NCBI RefSeq assembly: GCF_006345805.1 | Contig: NC_042998.1 | Location: 117,304,001 to 117,368,000, forward strand | Source of the DNA: Octopus sinensis | Taxonomy: Eukaryota | Length of the DNA: 64,000 nt | Reading direction: 5' to 3' | Part shown: one piece after another, positions 13,130 through 25,581 of the stretch | Layout of the letters: every line of letters begins with the position of its first letter | How positions within the stretch are numbered: position 1 is the first letter of the stretch | The notes under the pieces: generated by a model | Told to the model about the DNA's origin: nothing | Databases searched by the model: none | Seen by the model: the letters and a program-made list of their open reading frames with translations, nothing else | Made by a program: the position numbers and the translations under genes

Positions 13130-14860
13130 GGATATTTTCAAAATTTTCCTCAAAAATTTTTGAAAATTAACCCCTAAAGTTTTGAAAAATTTTTGACAAT
13201 TTTCCCCAAAAATTTTTGAAAACTTTTTTTTAAATTTTCCCCAAAAACTTAAAAAAAAATTTTTTTTACATTTTCCCCACAAAATATTTCTAAAATTTTT
13301 TTAAATTTTACCGCAAAAGTTTTTCAAAAATTTTTTGAAACATTTCCCCAAAATTATTCCAAAATTTTCGGGAAAATTTTGGAAAAATTATTTGAAAATT
13401 TTCCCGAAAAATGTTTAAAACATTATTTGAAAATTTCCCCCAAAATTTTACAAAAACTTTTTGATAATTTTCCCCAAAATCTTTGGAAAATTTTCCTCAT
13501 AAATTTTTGAAAAATTATATAAAAATTTCCCCCAAAATTTAAGAAAAATTTTTTGAAGGTTTTCCCCAATATATTTTTTAAATATTTTCAAAATTTTCTC
13601 CCAAAAACTTTACAAAAATTTTCCCGAAAATTTTAGAAAAATTATTTGAAAATTTTCCCCAAAAATTTTTGAAAAATTTTTTGAAAATTTTCCAGAAACA
13701 TTCCTTGAAAATTTTCCACAAATTTTTGAAAATTTTTTGAAAACTTTTCTCAAAAATTCTTTTTTAAATTTTCCTCAAAAAGTTTTTTAAATTCTTCAAA
13801 AATTTTTCCGCAAAATTTTTCAAAACATTTTTTTTAATTTTCCCTAAAAATTTTAGAAAACTTTGAAAACTTTCCCAAAAAATTTTTTTTAAATTTGTGA
13901 AAATAATTTGAAAATTTTTTGAAAATTTTCCCAAAAAATTTTTGAAAACTTATTTGAAAATTTCCCCCAAAATTTTAGAAAAATTTTTTGAAGAATTTCC
14001 CCAATATATTTTTTAAATATTTTCAAAATTCTCTCCAATTTTTTTCAAAAATTTTCCCGAAAATTTTAGAAAAATTATTTGAAAATTTTCCCCAAAAATT
14101 TTTGAAAAATTATTTCAAAATTTTCCCCAAAAATTTTTGAAAAATTATTTCAAAATTTTCCACAAAACTTTAGAAAAATTTTTCGAAAATTTTCCACAAA
14201 AATTTTTTGAAAGTTTTTTGAAAATTTTTCTCAATTATTTTCCCAAAAATTTTAGAAAAATTTTTTTGAACATTTACCTCAAAAAGTTTTAAAAATTCTT
14301 TTTTGAAAATTTTCCCCAAAAATTTTAGAATAAAATAATTTTCCACAAAATTTTTTGAAAATTTTCCCTAAAATTTTTCAAATATTATTTGAAAATTTTT
14401 CCGAAAATTTTAGAAAAATTTATTGATAATTTTCTGGATGTGGAAAAGGTGATGACGCCTTTATTCCAAGAATTCCTCTTACTCCAAAACTTTTTTGAAA
14501 ATTTTCCTCAATTTTACCCAAAAATTTTTTGAAAATTTTTCAGACATTTTGAAAATTTTCCCCCCAAATTTTTTTTAAATTTTTGAAAATTTTTTGAAAA
14601 TTATTCGAAAATTTGCCCCCAAAATTTTTAGAAATTTTCTTAAAAGTTTTCCCCCAAAATTTTCAAAAACTTATTTGAAAATTTTTCAAACATTTTCGAA
14701 AATATTCCCCCAAAATTTTTTTAAAATTTTTTAAAAATTTCAAAAACTTTTGCCGAAGCCTTTCAAAAAATTTTTCAAAAATTTTTGGGGAAAATTTTCA
14801 AAAGTTTTTGAGGAAAATTTTCAGAAAATTTTTCAAAAGTCTTCGGAGAAAATTTTCAAA
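13130..14860. repeat. A/T-tract minisatellite array (units like aaaattttccccaaaaatttttgaaaaattatttg)
   Basis: Directly visible; ~435-bp higher-order match (13564 vs 13999); last ~100 bp are in inverted orientation. Confidence 0.9.
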
Positions 14861-15303
14861 CAGTATATATATAAATATATATAAATATATATAAATAAAT
14901 GTACGTGTTTGTGTGTGTTTGTACGTGTTTGTACGTGTTCAATATCAACATTCTAAGACGAACTACAAAATATCAGCATCTTTTTCAAACACTCGATCAA
15001 AAATATAATGAATTAATAAAAGATAGTTTGAATTTGCTCGAAGTAGTGTAATGTTCGTTTTCGTAAATTATATGAACGCTTGAAGTAAACCTTGATTAAT
15101 GTAGATGATAATTTAGTTAAACAATATAAGTTGATGTCCATAAGGAAAAACAAAGCAGATAGATATTCTCTTACTCACACAAGATGTCTAACGATCTTAA
15201 AATTTCGGAAAAGATCTCTTTCCAAATAGAATAAAGAAAATAATCAAAGAATCTGTATTATTATCTTGTACTTAAGAAACAATGCAATTCTGTTGTCTGT
15301 ATG

Positions 15304-15337
<34 letters not shown>

Positions 15338-16019
15338 TGTATTATGTATGTATGTATGTATGTATCGATGCTTGAATTTGTAGACTACAGTTTTAGACTT
15401 TGGTACATCACATATGCGTAAGGACAAATCACTTTAAAGATATGGCCTCAGGTTTTGTAACTGTTTCTGATCCTTTTTTATAATATAAACCCCAGTGATA
15501 CTAGGTGTTACTGCTACGAGCGTCTTTGTGTGTGTTTGTGTGTGTGTGCAATATACATAAATGCATGCAAAGAAAAAACAGTCATCAGGAATGTACGCAT
15601 TTACATACTTGATGACTGCAACTTAATTTTGATCAATGCCATTGCTAAAGCATAAACGGAATGGTTATGGCTTTCCATTACCGCTCGAGATCTTCATTTT
15701 TTGCATAGATGTGGCTATGATGGATGCCTCCTGAAGCAGCTGTTCAGAGAACATATCACCCATTGACGCATGCTTTCATTTTATCATGGAATTTTTCGTT
15801 GATTATTTTTTTTTTTTCGGTTATAGCCATTCATATGATGCAGCTCCTAATGGAGACGTTAATAGAGATATCAAATAATCAAGCGTTTCGTGTACCTGAA
15901 ACATTTTGTAATAAGGAAAGGCCTCGTACAAGGTCGATCTAGCTCTCTAAATAACGTATAGAATTACCTAAAACTAAAGAGTTGTCTAAATCATTGGATG
16001 CAAACAGAATTGCACATGT

Positions 16020-16250
16020 TACATCGCATTTTTCTTTCTGGAGAGACTGACTAAACGATCTGGATGAAGAACTTTCGCCATTTTCCTTCTACTAACAAAG
16101 GCTCTCAATGCAGTTCTATGGATGATGTCCCTGAGAGAGTCCCATCTCTGCTGAACAATGTCCCCCTGATGGGTCTGCAAAGCGGACATCTCCCAGTGTC
16201 TTGAAGAATACACCTGTCTTAGTTGGGTGTTGATTTGAGGTAGCACTGAT
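16020..16250 (-). mobile_element. RTE-like LINE fragment (endonuclease-RT linker)
   Basis: Minus-strand WDSLRDIIHRTALRAF resembles the RTE/BovB-type linker motif. Confidence 0.5.
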
Positions 16251-16329
16251 GCGTTGTTATATACATACGTACATATATACATACATACATGCATACATAC
16301 ATACATAATTACATATATATATAGTTGAA

Positions 16330-16480
16330 ATGAACAGAAAAACAAAAGACAAAGACAGGTGTATAAACAACAAGCAGGTGTATTAGTTTAACGCTCGAGA
16401 AGGTGAGAAAGTCTTTTACGTTTTGAGCCTATGCTCTTCAACAGAAAGAAACACGAGGACATAAACAGAGAAAATAACAG
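16330..16480 (-). mobile_element. PLE terminal repeat with inactivated hammerhead (G12A)
   Basis: Minus strand TCTTT CTGTTGA A GAGC-ATAG-GCTC AAA ACGT A AAAGA (16412-16449); same family as 21790-21955 and 36780-36950. Confidence 0.7.
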
Positions 16481-16546
16481 CACGTTTTCAACGGTTTTTC
16501 TTGTAAGACTGATAGAGGCACCTGTGTTTAACTCTGGGCTTTAAGA

Positions 16547-16600
16547 GTCGCTGATGAAGATTAAGATGGCCTGCATCAAAATCTGAAATTGCGATCCGGC
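16547..16600 (+). ncRNA. Type-I hammerhead ribozyme motif, canonical core
   Basis: GTCG|CTGATGA|AGATT-aa-GATG-gcctg-CATC-aa-AATCT|GAA|ATTGCGAT|C|CGGC; NUH = AUC; the 10.1-11.1 pair is A-U. Confidence 0.65.
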
Positions 16601-17689
16601 AACGCACGCTGGGGACTTACCTCTCTTTATCGGTCATTAAGTTCAGTGCTCTTGTGGCTTTGAGTTATTTTAACAAAAACTGTGCTAGTCAGTACCATCT
16701 GTCACTTTTTTTGACCTCTATAAAATCGCCTTTATTTAATTGCTAATAAGCTACACTTTTTTCCTTTGTGATTGAATATATATATTTATATGCATGGTGT
16801 GAGTGGGAGTGCGTGTGTGTGTCTGTAAGTAGATATGTATACATGTGTGTAAGTGTGTGTATGCACTTGAGAGCATCTGTGTATGTATATGCGAGCGAGT
16901 GTAGGTGTGCTTATATATATGTACGTGAGTGCGCGTACATATCCGTATATGTGAGCGTATGTATATATCCGTATGTATATGTGCGTGTAGATTTTATATA
17001 TGTGTATGTATGTGAATGTATATATGTGTGTGTGTGCACGCGCGCATATATGTGTGTATGTGTCCGAGTGTAGAATCTTGAACGCCAGCAAAGGAGAATC
17101 ATATGTGTAACCAGCCATGAAGAACAAATCAACAGTACAAAGAAATAAAATACCAATCTCTTTAAAACGGCAACCACTTTAAGAGTACGAGAATCACCAT
17201 CCCACTACATTTACGCATTCAAAGCAGTTTGCCAACGGCCCTTCACCAACAACATACCCTGATAGGCTTTGTGACTACTACTAAATTAAGGCCTCGACAG
17301 AGAGATAGAATTTTCTTGAAGCCGATGATTTTAAATTTACAGAGACAATATTTACATATCACCTGAGGAAACACAACTAGATCTCAACCTGAGGAAATAC
17401 AACAATGCAGGGAAATAGTTTCTCGATCAAGAACCTGCACATCTGGAGAACTACATTGTGTGCAAACAATTGTAGTGATTAAAAAATAAATGTCCGACAG
17501 TACCCTTCTTGTTGACTCCAAATTTTTCAATTATCTATTCACACACAACATATGCCCAAACGCAAACCTGGAAATACATACAATACTACTACTGGAAAGC
17601 ACAGTTTAAATGTGAAAGTGGACGAGCGAGCTTTATACTGTATTCTACTATGTTCTTAACAGAATATACTATAATTATATATATACATA

Positions 17690-17820
17690 TATAAGACGGG
17701 CTTCTTACGGTTTGCGTCAACCAGATATACTCACAAGTATTTGGTCGGCCCGAGTCTATAGCAGAAGACACTTGCCCAAGGTGTCACACAATAGTACTGA
17801 ACCCAGAACCATGTGGTTGT
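17690..17820 (-). mobile_element. tRNA-type SINE, 5' half
   Basis: Minus strand aaccacatggttctgggttcagt...ccttgggcaagtgtcttctgctatag...gaagcccgtc followed by an (AT)n tract. Confidence 0.75.
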
Positions 17821-18791
17821 GAATATATATATATTTATATATATCTGTGTATATATATACGGTAAGATGTGTGTGTGTGTGTATGTGATTGTAGTTTATG
17901 CACATCCGCAAATTAGCACGCATGTCGCTCAAATTTTAGGAGATTCGTCAACATCCTATCTGGGTTTTATCAACTTATTTTTTTCCCGAGGCACCCGCGG
18001 ATAGCGGTAAAAATCCATTTTCAGCCATAACTTTTAGCGGTAAAAATCTATTTTCAGCCATAGCTTTTTGATGGCGTGTAACAAAAAAAATAAATAAATA
18101 AAGAAAAGTGGAAGAAGAGAGGCAGAGAGTTTCACGAGAAAGACAAAATGAGAGAGGGACAGAGAGTAAGTGCCGACGTTCATAAAATATAAAATGTAAA
18201 ATGTTTAGTCTTTTCTTAAACACGAGATATAGTGTTCAATTCGGGATGTTTTTGAAAGACACTATATTTTATAATCATAATATATATACTTTCTCACACA
18301 ACAATTGCAATATATTTATTTTAAATCATTTATTTATTTTAAATCGTTCATCTTTCTCCCCTCTCTCTCACACACACATTACTTTGGGTGCGAAAGAATT
18401 TTGTTTTTATTTTACGCCGAGTAAAAAACTGTTTTGGTGACAATCCATTTATTTAACAACAAAGAAACAAAGAGGTGAGTAGCAATTTGTCAGTGAATTG
18501 CACAATATAAATGTATACAAATTCCGAGGCTTCCACCACACCCACTCCGTTTCACGGACCACAAAGAGGGTTTTGCAGCATATTAGGAGGCCATAGTAGA
18601 TGATTCCACACAAAAGAAAAACGATTATTTTTCTTAGTGAAAATCGTGCGAGTGTTAATCTACAAATTTAACAACATTTTTTCCATTCATTTCTGTTCAT
18701 GAACATGTATGCATGCACAAAACATGCAATAGGAGCACGTGTTCGTGTCTGTTGCCTATATATATTTATATTATATTATATTATATATATA

Positions 18792-18878
<87 letters not shown>

Positions 18879-18879
18879 A

Positions 18880-18994
18880 TCAATTTCAACGGATTTTGCC
18901 CAAATTTGACGTCGATATTACTTAGTTTGGTTTGAAATAATGATTAGCTTAATAATCGTAACTTAATCCCGGGCAAGTCCGGGTTATACTGCTA

Positions 18995-18995
<1 letters not shown>
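18880..18995 (+). mobile_element. Short Helitron remnant (3' end)
   Basis: Hairpin cccgggcaagtccggg then ttatactgCTAG^T, the same terminus as 20083-20808. Confidence 0.7.
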
Positions 18996-19071
<76 letters not shown>

Positions 19072-19079
19072 GGGCACAG

Positions 19080-19315
19080 TAAAAACACAGGTAATTACAT
19101 GTGTGTGGAGTTGTGGGGGTGTTTGTCTCTTCGCCATCGCTTGATAGCCGATGCAGGTGCGTTTATGTCACCGGAACCTAGCGGTTCGGCAAACTGTTCC
19201 GATAGAATACATACTAGGCACAGAAAGAATAAGTCCTAGGGTCGGTTTCTTCGACTAACATCCTTTAACGTGGTGTTCTAGCATGGCTGCAGTCAGATGA
19301 CTGAAACAAACAACA
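19080..19315 (+). mobile_element. SINE 3' half
   Basis: catcgcttga...gcggttcggcaaa...ccgatagaata...tactaggc...gaataagtcct...gcatggctgcagtcagatgactgaaaca is shared with 57295-57360 and 62600-62770. Confidence 0.7.
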
Positions 19316-20082
19316 ATTGCATCTATGCATACACCTAATACGTATATTTATTTAATATACATATATATATACGCAGATAGATAGATAAATAGATAGATAA
19401 ATGTTTTCATACATACACATACATACATACATACATTCATACATACTTACATACATACATCCATACATACATACATACATACATGCATACATACATACAT
19501 ACATACACACATATATGCATTCATATATACATACATACATACAGAGTTTCAAGGGAGAGACTGAAAGTCATTTCGAAGCATCTGCGGTGTTTGGTGCTGT
19601 AATAGGGTAAGTTTCTCGCCTTACATAGCGCTCACGTGGTTGTATCGATTTTGTTGGTAGAGTATAAATCAGTTCCTGATTCGCATTGAAGTAGCATCGT
19701 ATGGATTAATGTAATGTGGACTGGAGAACTTTTACTTGTTGCTATTTGAGGCTACTGCATGTGCGTAGTGGAAAGAATCTACAAAAGTGGGAAGAATATA
19801 TATATATAGATATATTACATGAATGTTGATAAAAACATTTGGTTGAAATGATAGAATAAGTAGAGAGACAAGCAGAGCAGGGAGGGGAAGGAAAACTATA
19901 CCTGGTAGATTAAGGAACTATATGGAAGAGTGTGAAATAGCAAATGTAGAAGCTGAATCTGTATTTTGGGGAAGGTATGCCCTCTTGATTACGATTCTGA
20001 TAACTCGGTTTTAGTTGTCCGAAATCAGTCATGCGTTAAGTTAAACAACGATTATAGAATACAACCAACTTAATAATGTTAA

Positions 20083-20808
20083 TCTGTATATATAAATCTG
20101 AAGTTGTATGTGTGTGTGTGGCAGATTTGGTAGCCTTCAACTAACGCTATCTCCTCCGAGAACCTGCGGCGCAGTTGAACAAAATTGAGAGTATGATAGA
20201 TGATGCCTTGCTCCTCATTCCGTAGAAGAAAAATTCAAATCAGACCATGTTAAGACCAAAGATTATTTACATCAAAAGGTGCATTTTTCCTATGAAAATC
20301 CTTATTTTTTTACGATTGTGTAAATCAGTATCGCCCTTTTCCGGTGTATTTCGACCAGAACACTGTTCACTTAAAGAAATAACAAACTACAAAATGCAAA
20401 ACTTTTACTTTTCAAAAATTCCAATTGTAAAGGGTTGAAACGAATTTTTTGTGATGTCAGTGATTTTGAGTAAACAATGGATTTTCCTGTACTTTTTCTT
20501 CATGAATACTATTGCAGTGCTAACTTTTTAATAGATTTTCAGTGCAGTTCGAAACTTGAGCTTCATTTTTCTTTAAATCTACGGGTAATTTTTTTCTCCA
20601 TTATGTTAATAGAAGGAATATTATCCAACAATACCAACAAGTCGGCATTACACATTTGCAGCACATTCAGAGCAAACTCGAGTATCGCCCCACTATACTG
20701 TTATTAATAGATTGCAACTATGTCAAAACTTTCTTAATGCGACATCAAAGTCTGCTGTTTTAAGCACAACTAAAAACAAACCCGAACAACGCCGGGCTAT
20801 ACTGCTAG
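20083..20808 (+). mobile_element. Non-autonomous Helitron (~725 bp)
   Basis: A^TCTGTATATATAAATCTG start; cccgaacaacgccggg hairpin plus ctatactgCTAG^T end. Confidence 0.75.
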
Positions 20809-21505
20809 TTTAGGATATATGTATACTGGATGAATAGTTGCAAATATATATTACATGCTAACCCACAAAGAATTTCGCAGATGTCATTATTCATTAGGTT
20901 TACATATACGAAACACTCTTATACGTAATGATATATAAACATATAGCAAGAACTGAGTGCGTGGAAAAACAAACGCAGGACTGTGCATGAGTGTGTGAGG
21001 AGCTTTGTATGCAGATGATATCACCTGATTAGTAATGATTCTTTCCGGTTTCAAAATAAAATGTTATGTTCAAAGAGTAAACAAAAGGTTTATATATATG
21101 TAATATAGAAATGCGTGGCCAAGTTGGACACCAATATATTATATAATAATGTAGAATACTAAGTTGTGTGGACGAAATGGACTCGATAGTTAGATATATT
21201 AATGGAGCCTGTAGCATATTAGACCTTAAGATATGGAGAGGATAAAAAAAAGCAGGAGAAAAATAAGAAAATTACTGACTTACGGAATTTGCTGAACCCT
21301 GAGAAGTCATAGATATAGGCGAACGGAGAGATGGTGGAGAGAAGGAGTGAATCTATAAGAAGTCCGATGTTTTCTCAGAGCGAATGAGATGGATTATGTT
21401 GATATGGGACAGCAAACGAAAAGTAATATTAAAGATCCTAGAACAGTTGACCAACACACATAAAATATACAATAAAAATTAGGAGCGGCAGCAGCAGCGA
21501 GAGAC

Positions 21506-21620
21506 GAAGAAGAAGAAGAAGAAGAAGAAGAAGAAGAAGAAGAAGAAGAAGAAGAAGAAGAAGAAGAAGAAGAAGAAGAAGAAGAAGAAGAAGAAGAAGA
21601 AGAAGAAGAAGAAGAAGAAG
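21506..21620. repeat. (GAA)n microsatellite, ~38 units
   Basis: Direct inspection. Confidence 0.98.
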
Positions 21621-21789
21621 CCGCCTTGTTTTTGAAAAAAAGGTGATTAACACAATGAAGCTCATACAAAGATTTGGACTTTACTTTTGACAATCTTATT
21701 CTAAAAAAGTGAAACCGGTAATGTGAATAAACATCTTTAAAATTGCATTTTTATAGCATCTTTCATATATATTTGTTATATATATTTGT

Positions 21790-21950
21790 TTCACTCCTTT
21801 TTTCTCGCCTTGTTTTTTCTGTGTCCCTTCGTGTAGAAAAGAGTAGGCTCGAAACGTAAAATACTTTTTTCTATTTCTGAGCGTTATACTAATACATCTG
21901 TTTGTTTTGTACACCACCTGTCTTCGTCCTTTGTTTTTTTCGTAAACTCT

Positions 21951-21955
<5 letters not shown>
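21790..21955 (+). mobile_element. PLE terminal repeat with degenerate hammerhead, ending in (TA)n
   Basis: agtaggctcgaaacgtaaaa...gagcgttatactaatacatctgtttgtt...cacctgtcttcgtc is homologous to 36780-36950. Confidence 0.7.
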
Positions 21956-21996
<41 letters not shown>

Positions 21997-22116
21997 TATA
22001 TGGCTGCGGCCTTCGAGCTAAAACATTTTTAAGGATTTAAGGATATATATATATATATTACGGAGATGTACTCGCATAGCAAGTAATTTGATCTGAGATC
22101 GTGTGCTGAAACGAAA

Positions 22117-22371
22117 ACAATTGCAGCGTGGAAGGTGTTTATAAGCCATTTAAGAAACACACAAAAGCCGTTCGATTCACTTCAACATTTAAGTTTAATT
22201 TGTCAAAATATTTTCGTCGCTAAAATCCGTGATGCAGCACGGACTTTGTCAGTGAACAGGTCGCGGATTTTAGCGACGAAAATATTTTGACAAATTAAAC
22301 TTAAATGTTGAAGTGAATCGAACGGCTTTTGTGTGTTTCTTAAATGGCTTATAAACACAATCCACGCTGCA

Positions 22372-22376
<5 letters not shown>
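22117..22376. repeat. Fold-back palindrome: 113-bp arms, 34-nt loop
   Basis: 22117-22229 is the reverse complement of 22264-22376 with only 2 mismatches seen. Confidence 0.95.
22245..22294 (+). ncRNA. Minimal type-I hammerhead ribozyme motif, G3-C8 core variant
   Basis: TTTGTCA|GTGAACA|G|GTCGC-ggatttta-GCGAC|GAA|AATATT|T|TGACAAA: 7-bp stem I, 5-bp stem II, palindromic stem III. Confidence 0.75.
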
Positions 22377-22452
<76 letters not shown>

Positions 22453-22464
22453 ATATATATATAT

Positions 22465-23165
22465 GAGCAAGGATAACATCATTTTACTGCTTTAATCTCG
22501 AAACTGGTCCAATACACAATTTACTGTTGAGTTTTATTTAGTATTTTACATATGCTTGTCGACAACCCGTATTTATAACGTTTTTGGCGTATTCTTACAA
22601 CATGTTGGAGCAGAAGTTTTCTGTTTCCTTATATAATTATATAATTTATATATATAATTATTATTTGAGTATAATTTAACCACAATGTTTTATAGCACGT
22701 TGGCCACTTGCTTTTATCATTTACATGATTTTATCCTTGTTTATATGAATAAATTAAATTTTTATGCTCCGGATCGGAATTGCTTTGCTTTGAGGTTATT
22801 TCGGATTTTAAAATAAACGGCTCAAATGAAAAGTAAATATTTGACTTTATTTTCAAGCATAAGTGCGGATATTTTCACATGATCGTACGAATTTGTTTCG
22901 TGGGCGTATGTAGAAATATTCGTGACTGTGTTTTCTTTGAATATTGTGCTGAGGATGAGAAATAAGCTATTTTACTGCTTTAATCTCGAAATTGGACCAA
23001 TACACAATTGACCATGGAATTTCTATTTTTCATTTGCTCCTATACAACCCGTATATTTGCAGGAACAACAGGTGGTTTTACAACGTTTTTTGGTGTATTC
23101 TTACAATATGTTGAAGCAGGATGTTTACCTGTTCCCTTATATAATTTATATATATAATTATCATT
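22465..23165 (+). mobile_element. Partial tandem (~488-bp period, ~1.4 units) PLE-type terminal repeat between (AT)n tracts
   Basis: ttttactgctttaatctcgaaa.tgg.ccaatacacaatt...acaacccgtat...gtattcttacaa occurs at about 22482-22670 and about 22970-23165. Confidence 0.75.
22943..23008 (+). ncRNA. Type-I hammerhead ribozyme motif, canonical core
   Basis: ATTGTG|CTGAGGA|T|GAGA...TCTC|GAA|ATTGG-A-CCAAT|A|CACAAT; NUH = AUA. Confidence 0.75.
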
Positions 23166-23170
23166 TTAGA

Positions 23171-23213
<43 letters not shown>

Positions 23214-23656
23214 CATACATATACATATATATATATATATATATATGTGTGTGTATGTATGCATGTATGTTTGTATGTTTATATATATATATATATGTAA
23301 GTTTGTATATGCATGTGCCCGTTACATATTAATCGTCAATATCAGTTTTAGGATTTGTACCGAGCTGTGCCGATACAATACAGGATTAGTAGTGTAACGA
23401 TAATAATAAACCATGAATGGAATTTATAAATATTTCAATGCATCGTTACACCCGTTTCCACATTTCACATGTTCCTTTAGTTCATATTCCGTTTTCCTGG
23501 GATGATTACAGTACATTACGTAATATCCATGGATATCGAGTGGGTCATATTCATGCGTTCATTTCTTCGGGCGATTTCGAGTTAATGTTGGAAGCAGTGA
23601 ATATAAGAAGAGAGAGAAAGAGAAAGAGAGAGGAAGAGCGAGAGCGAAAGAGAGAG

Positions 23657-23658
<2 letters not shown>

Positions 23659-23708
<50 letters not shown>
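23659..23708. repeat. (GATA)n microsatellite
   Basis: Direct inspection. Confidence 0.95.
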
Positions 23709-23709
<1 letters not shown>

Positions 23710-23895
23710 TACAAAATTTATTTGCAAATATAAGATGGCGTCAATGTATACCATAAAGATAAAATTTGCGACAGAAAATGTGATTCACGAAATATTATAC
23801 AATGATCGTAATTTGAATTCATACACAAATATATATATAACCGTATATACGCATAGACACATATTGTCAAATAGATAGACAGTTACATCTATATG

Positions 23896-23941
<46 letters not shown>

Positions 23942-23961
23942 ATATATGTATTTCTCTCTCT

Positions 23962-24024
<63 letters not shown>

Positions 24025-25528
24025 TGTACACATACACACATACATACATACACACATACGCATGTCTGTACGTCTACAAAATTCAATATATTTACACGAT
24101 GTATATATAATCTATTGAATTAGATGGTAACTTTAGTAGACTTGTAAATGAAACTAGAAAATGACCGAGTATCTTTTGATAGAGACTGGAAAAGAGACTT
24201 TGCTATCTATACTTACTAACAGGAAGAAGACTGGTGACGTCTCATATAATTAGAAAATTACTATATGATTGCTATTGTCTTTTTAGATAAATGAATAGCA
24301 AGAAATAGCTCTGTAATTTTAAAGATGGTTATTAAAGACGAAAAACATATGTCACTATAGTATACTTCAAAATTAGTTGTCAAAGATATCATTTCCGATG
24401 CATAACAATATTAACCTTTCGGTGTTCAAATTACAGAATTTTACCAGGTGCATTTACATCCCAAACTTCGGACTCAGCATTATATACTTCGAATGAAGTC
24501 ATAGTAATAATATAACCATATAGTCACTAACCATATAGTCAAAACTGTGAGAAATTGCTATTATTGTTGAAGTCTCAATAATCTGCAGACGCCTTGTTTT
24601 CTGGAGATTAAACTATATAACTATAATCAGAAATATTAAACTATATAAATATGCAATTAGAAAGAGATTAGTAACAGGAAAACTCCAATGCATTATTAAA
24701 TTGTTCAACATAAGACAAGAACATACACAACCGAAGAACCTATCTGAATTTTACATGTTCAAGTTGGCTGAGTCACTCTGTGATGAAAAACATATTCAAT
24801 TTTCCTGCTATTAATCTTTAAAAAAAGCACAATGCATATACTTAATTTTCAAACACAGTCGGGTAAAATAATTCCAAGAAAGTTGCATCATCTATCTGAT
24901 AAGTGATTACGAATGTGACAGCAGCATGGCTACATCATTTAGATAACTTCTGAAAGCACTAGCTTCAGCCAAGCTTCTAGTATGTAAGAAAATAGTGCAA
25001 TCCACTAAACTTTTCGAGTCGGATGAAACTTTTAACGTGAAATTAGGTATTCAAGCTATTTTTGGAATTTTATGTATGTTCCCGACTTCTGGTTGACAGT
25101 TCTAATCCGTGTCAATTATTTTATCAATGTTTATTATTTGAATTCCTTTAGTGGGTCTCTTTCTGGGACACGAATTAATGTTAGACGTCTGAGTTAAGAA
25201 TAATTCTAAATGTTTCTTTGAAGGAGTTGCTGTGGTTTCCTCCAACATTTTCGAACCTAAACACGAATTTCAAGCAATAATGTCCCCGTAGCTTCCATCA
25301 AAACCGACACCATAGAAATTTAATTTAAAAGAAGAAAACAACAGCAATGAAAATGTACACAATTTACATTTCACGGATATTTATCATCATCTTGTTTGTT
25401 ATTAACACAATGTTTTGGCTGATATACCCTCCAGCATTCATCGGGTGTCTTGGGGAAATTTCGAATCTCATTTCTCATTCCTCATTTCTCATTCCTCATT
25501 TCTCATTTCTCATTTTTCGATGTTATTG

Positions 25529-25581
<53 letters not shown>

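Noticed and set aside
23739-23750. AAGATGGCG YY1-like motif
   Set aside because: An isolated 9-mer among microsatellites with no other promoter evidence.
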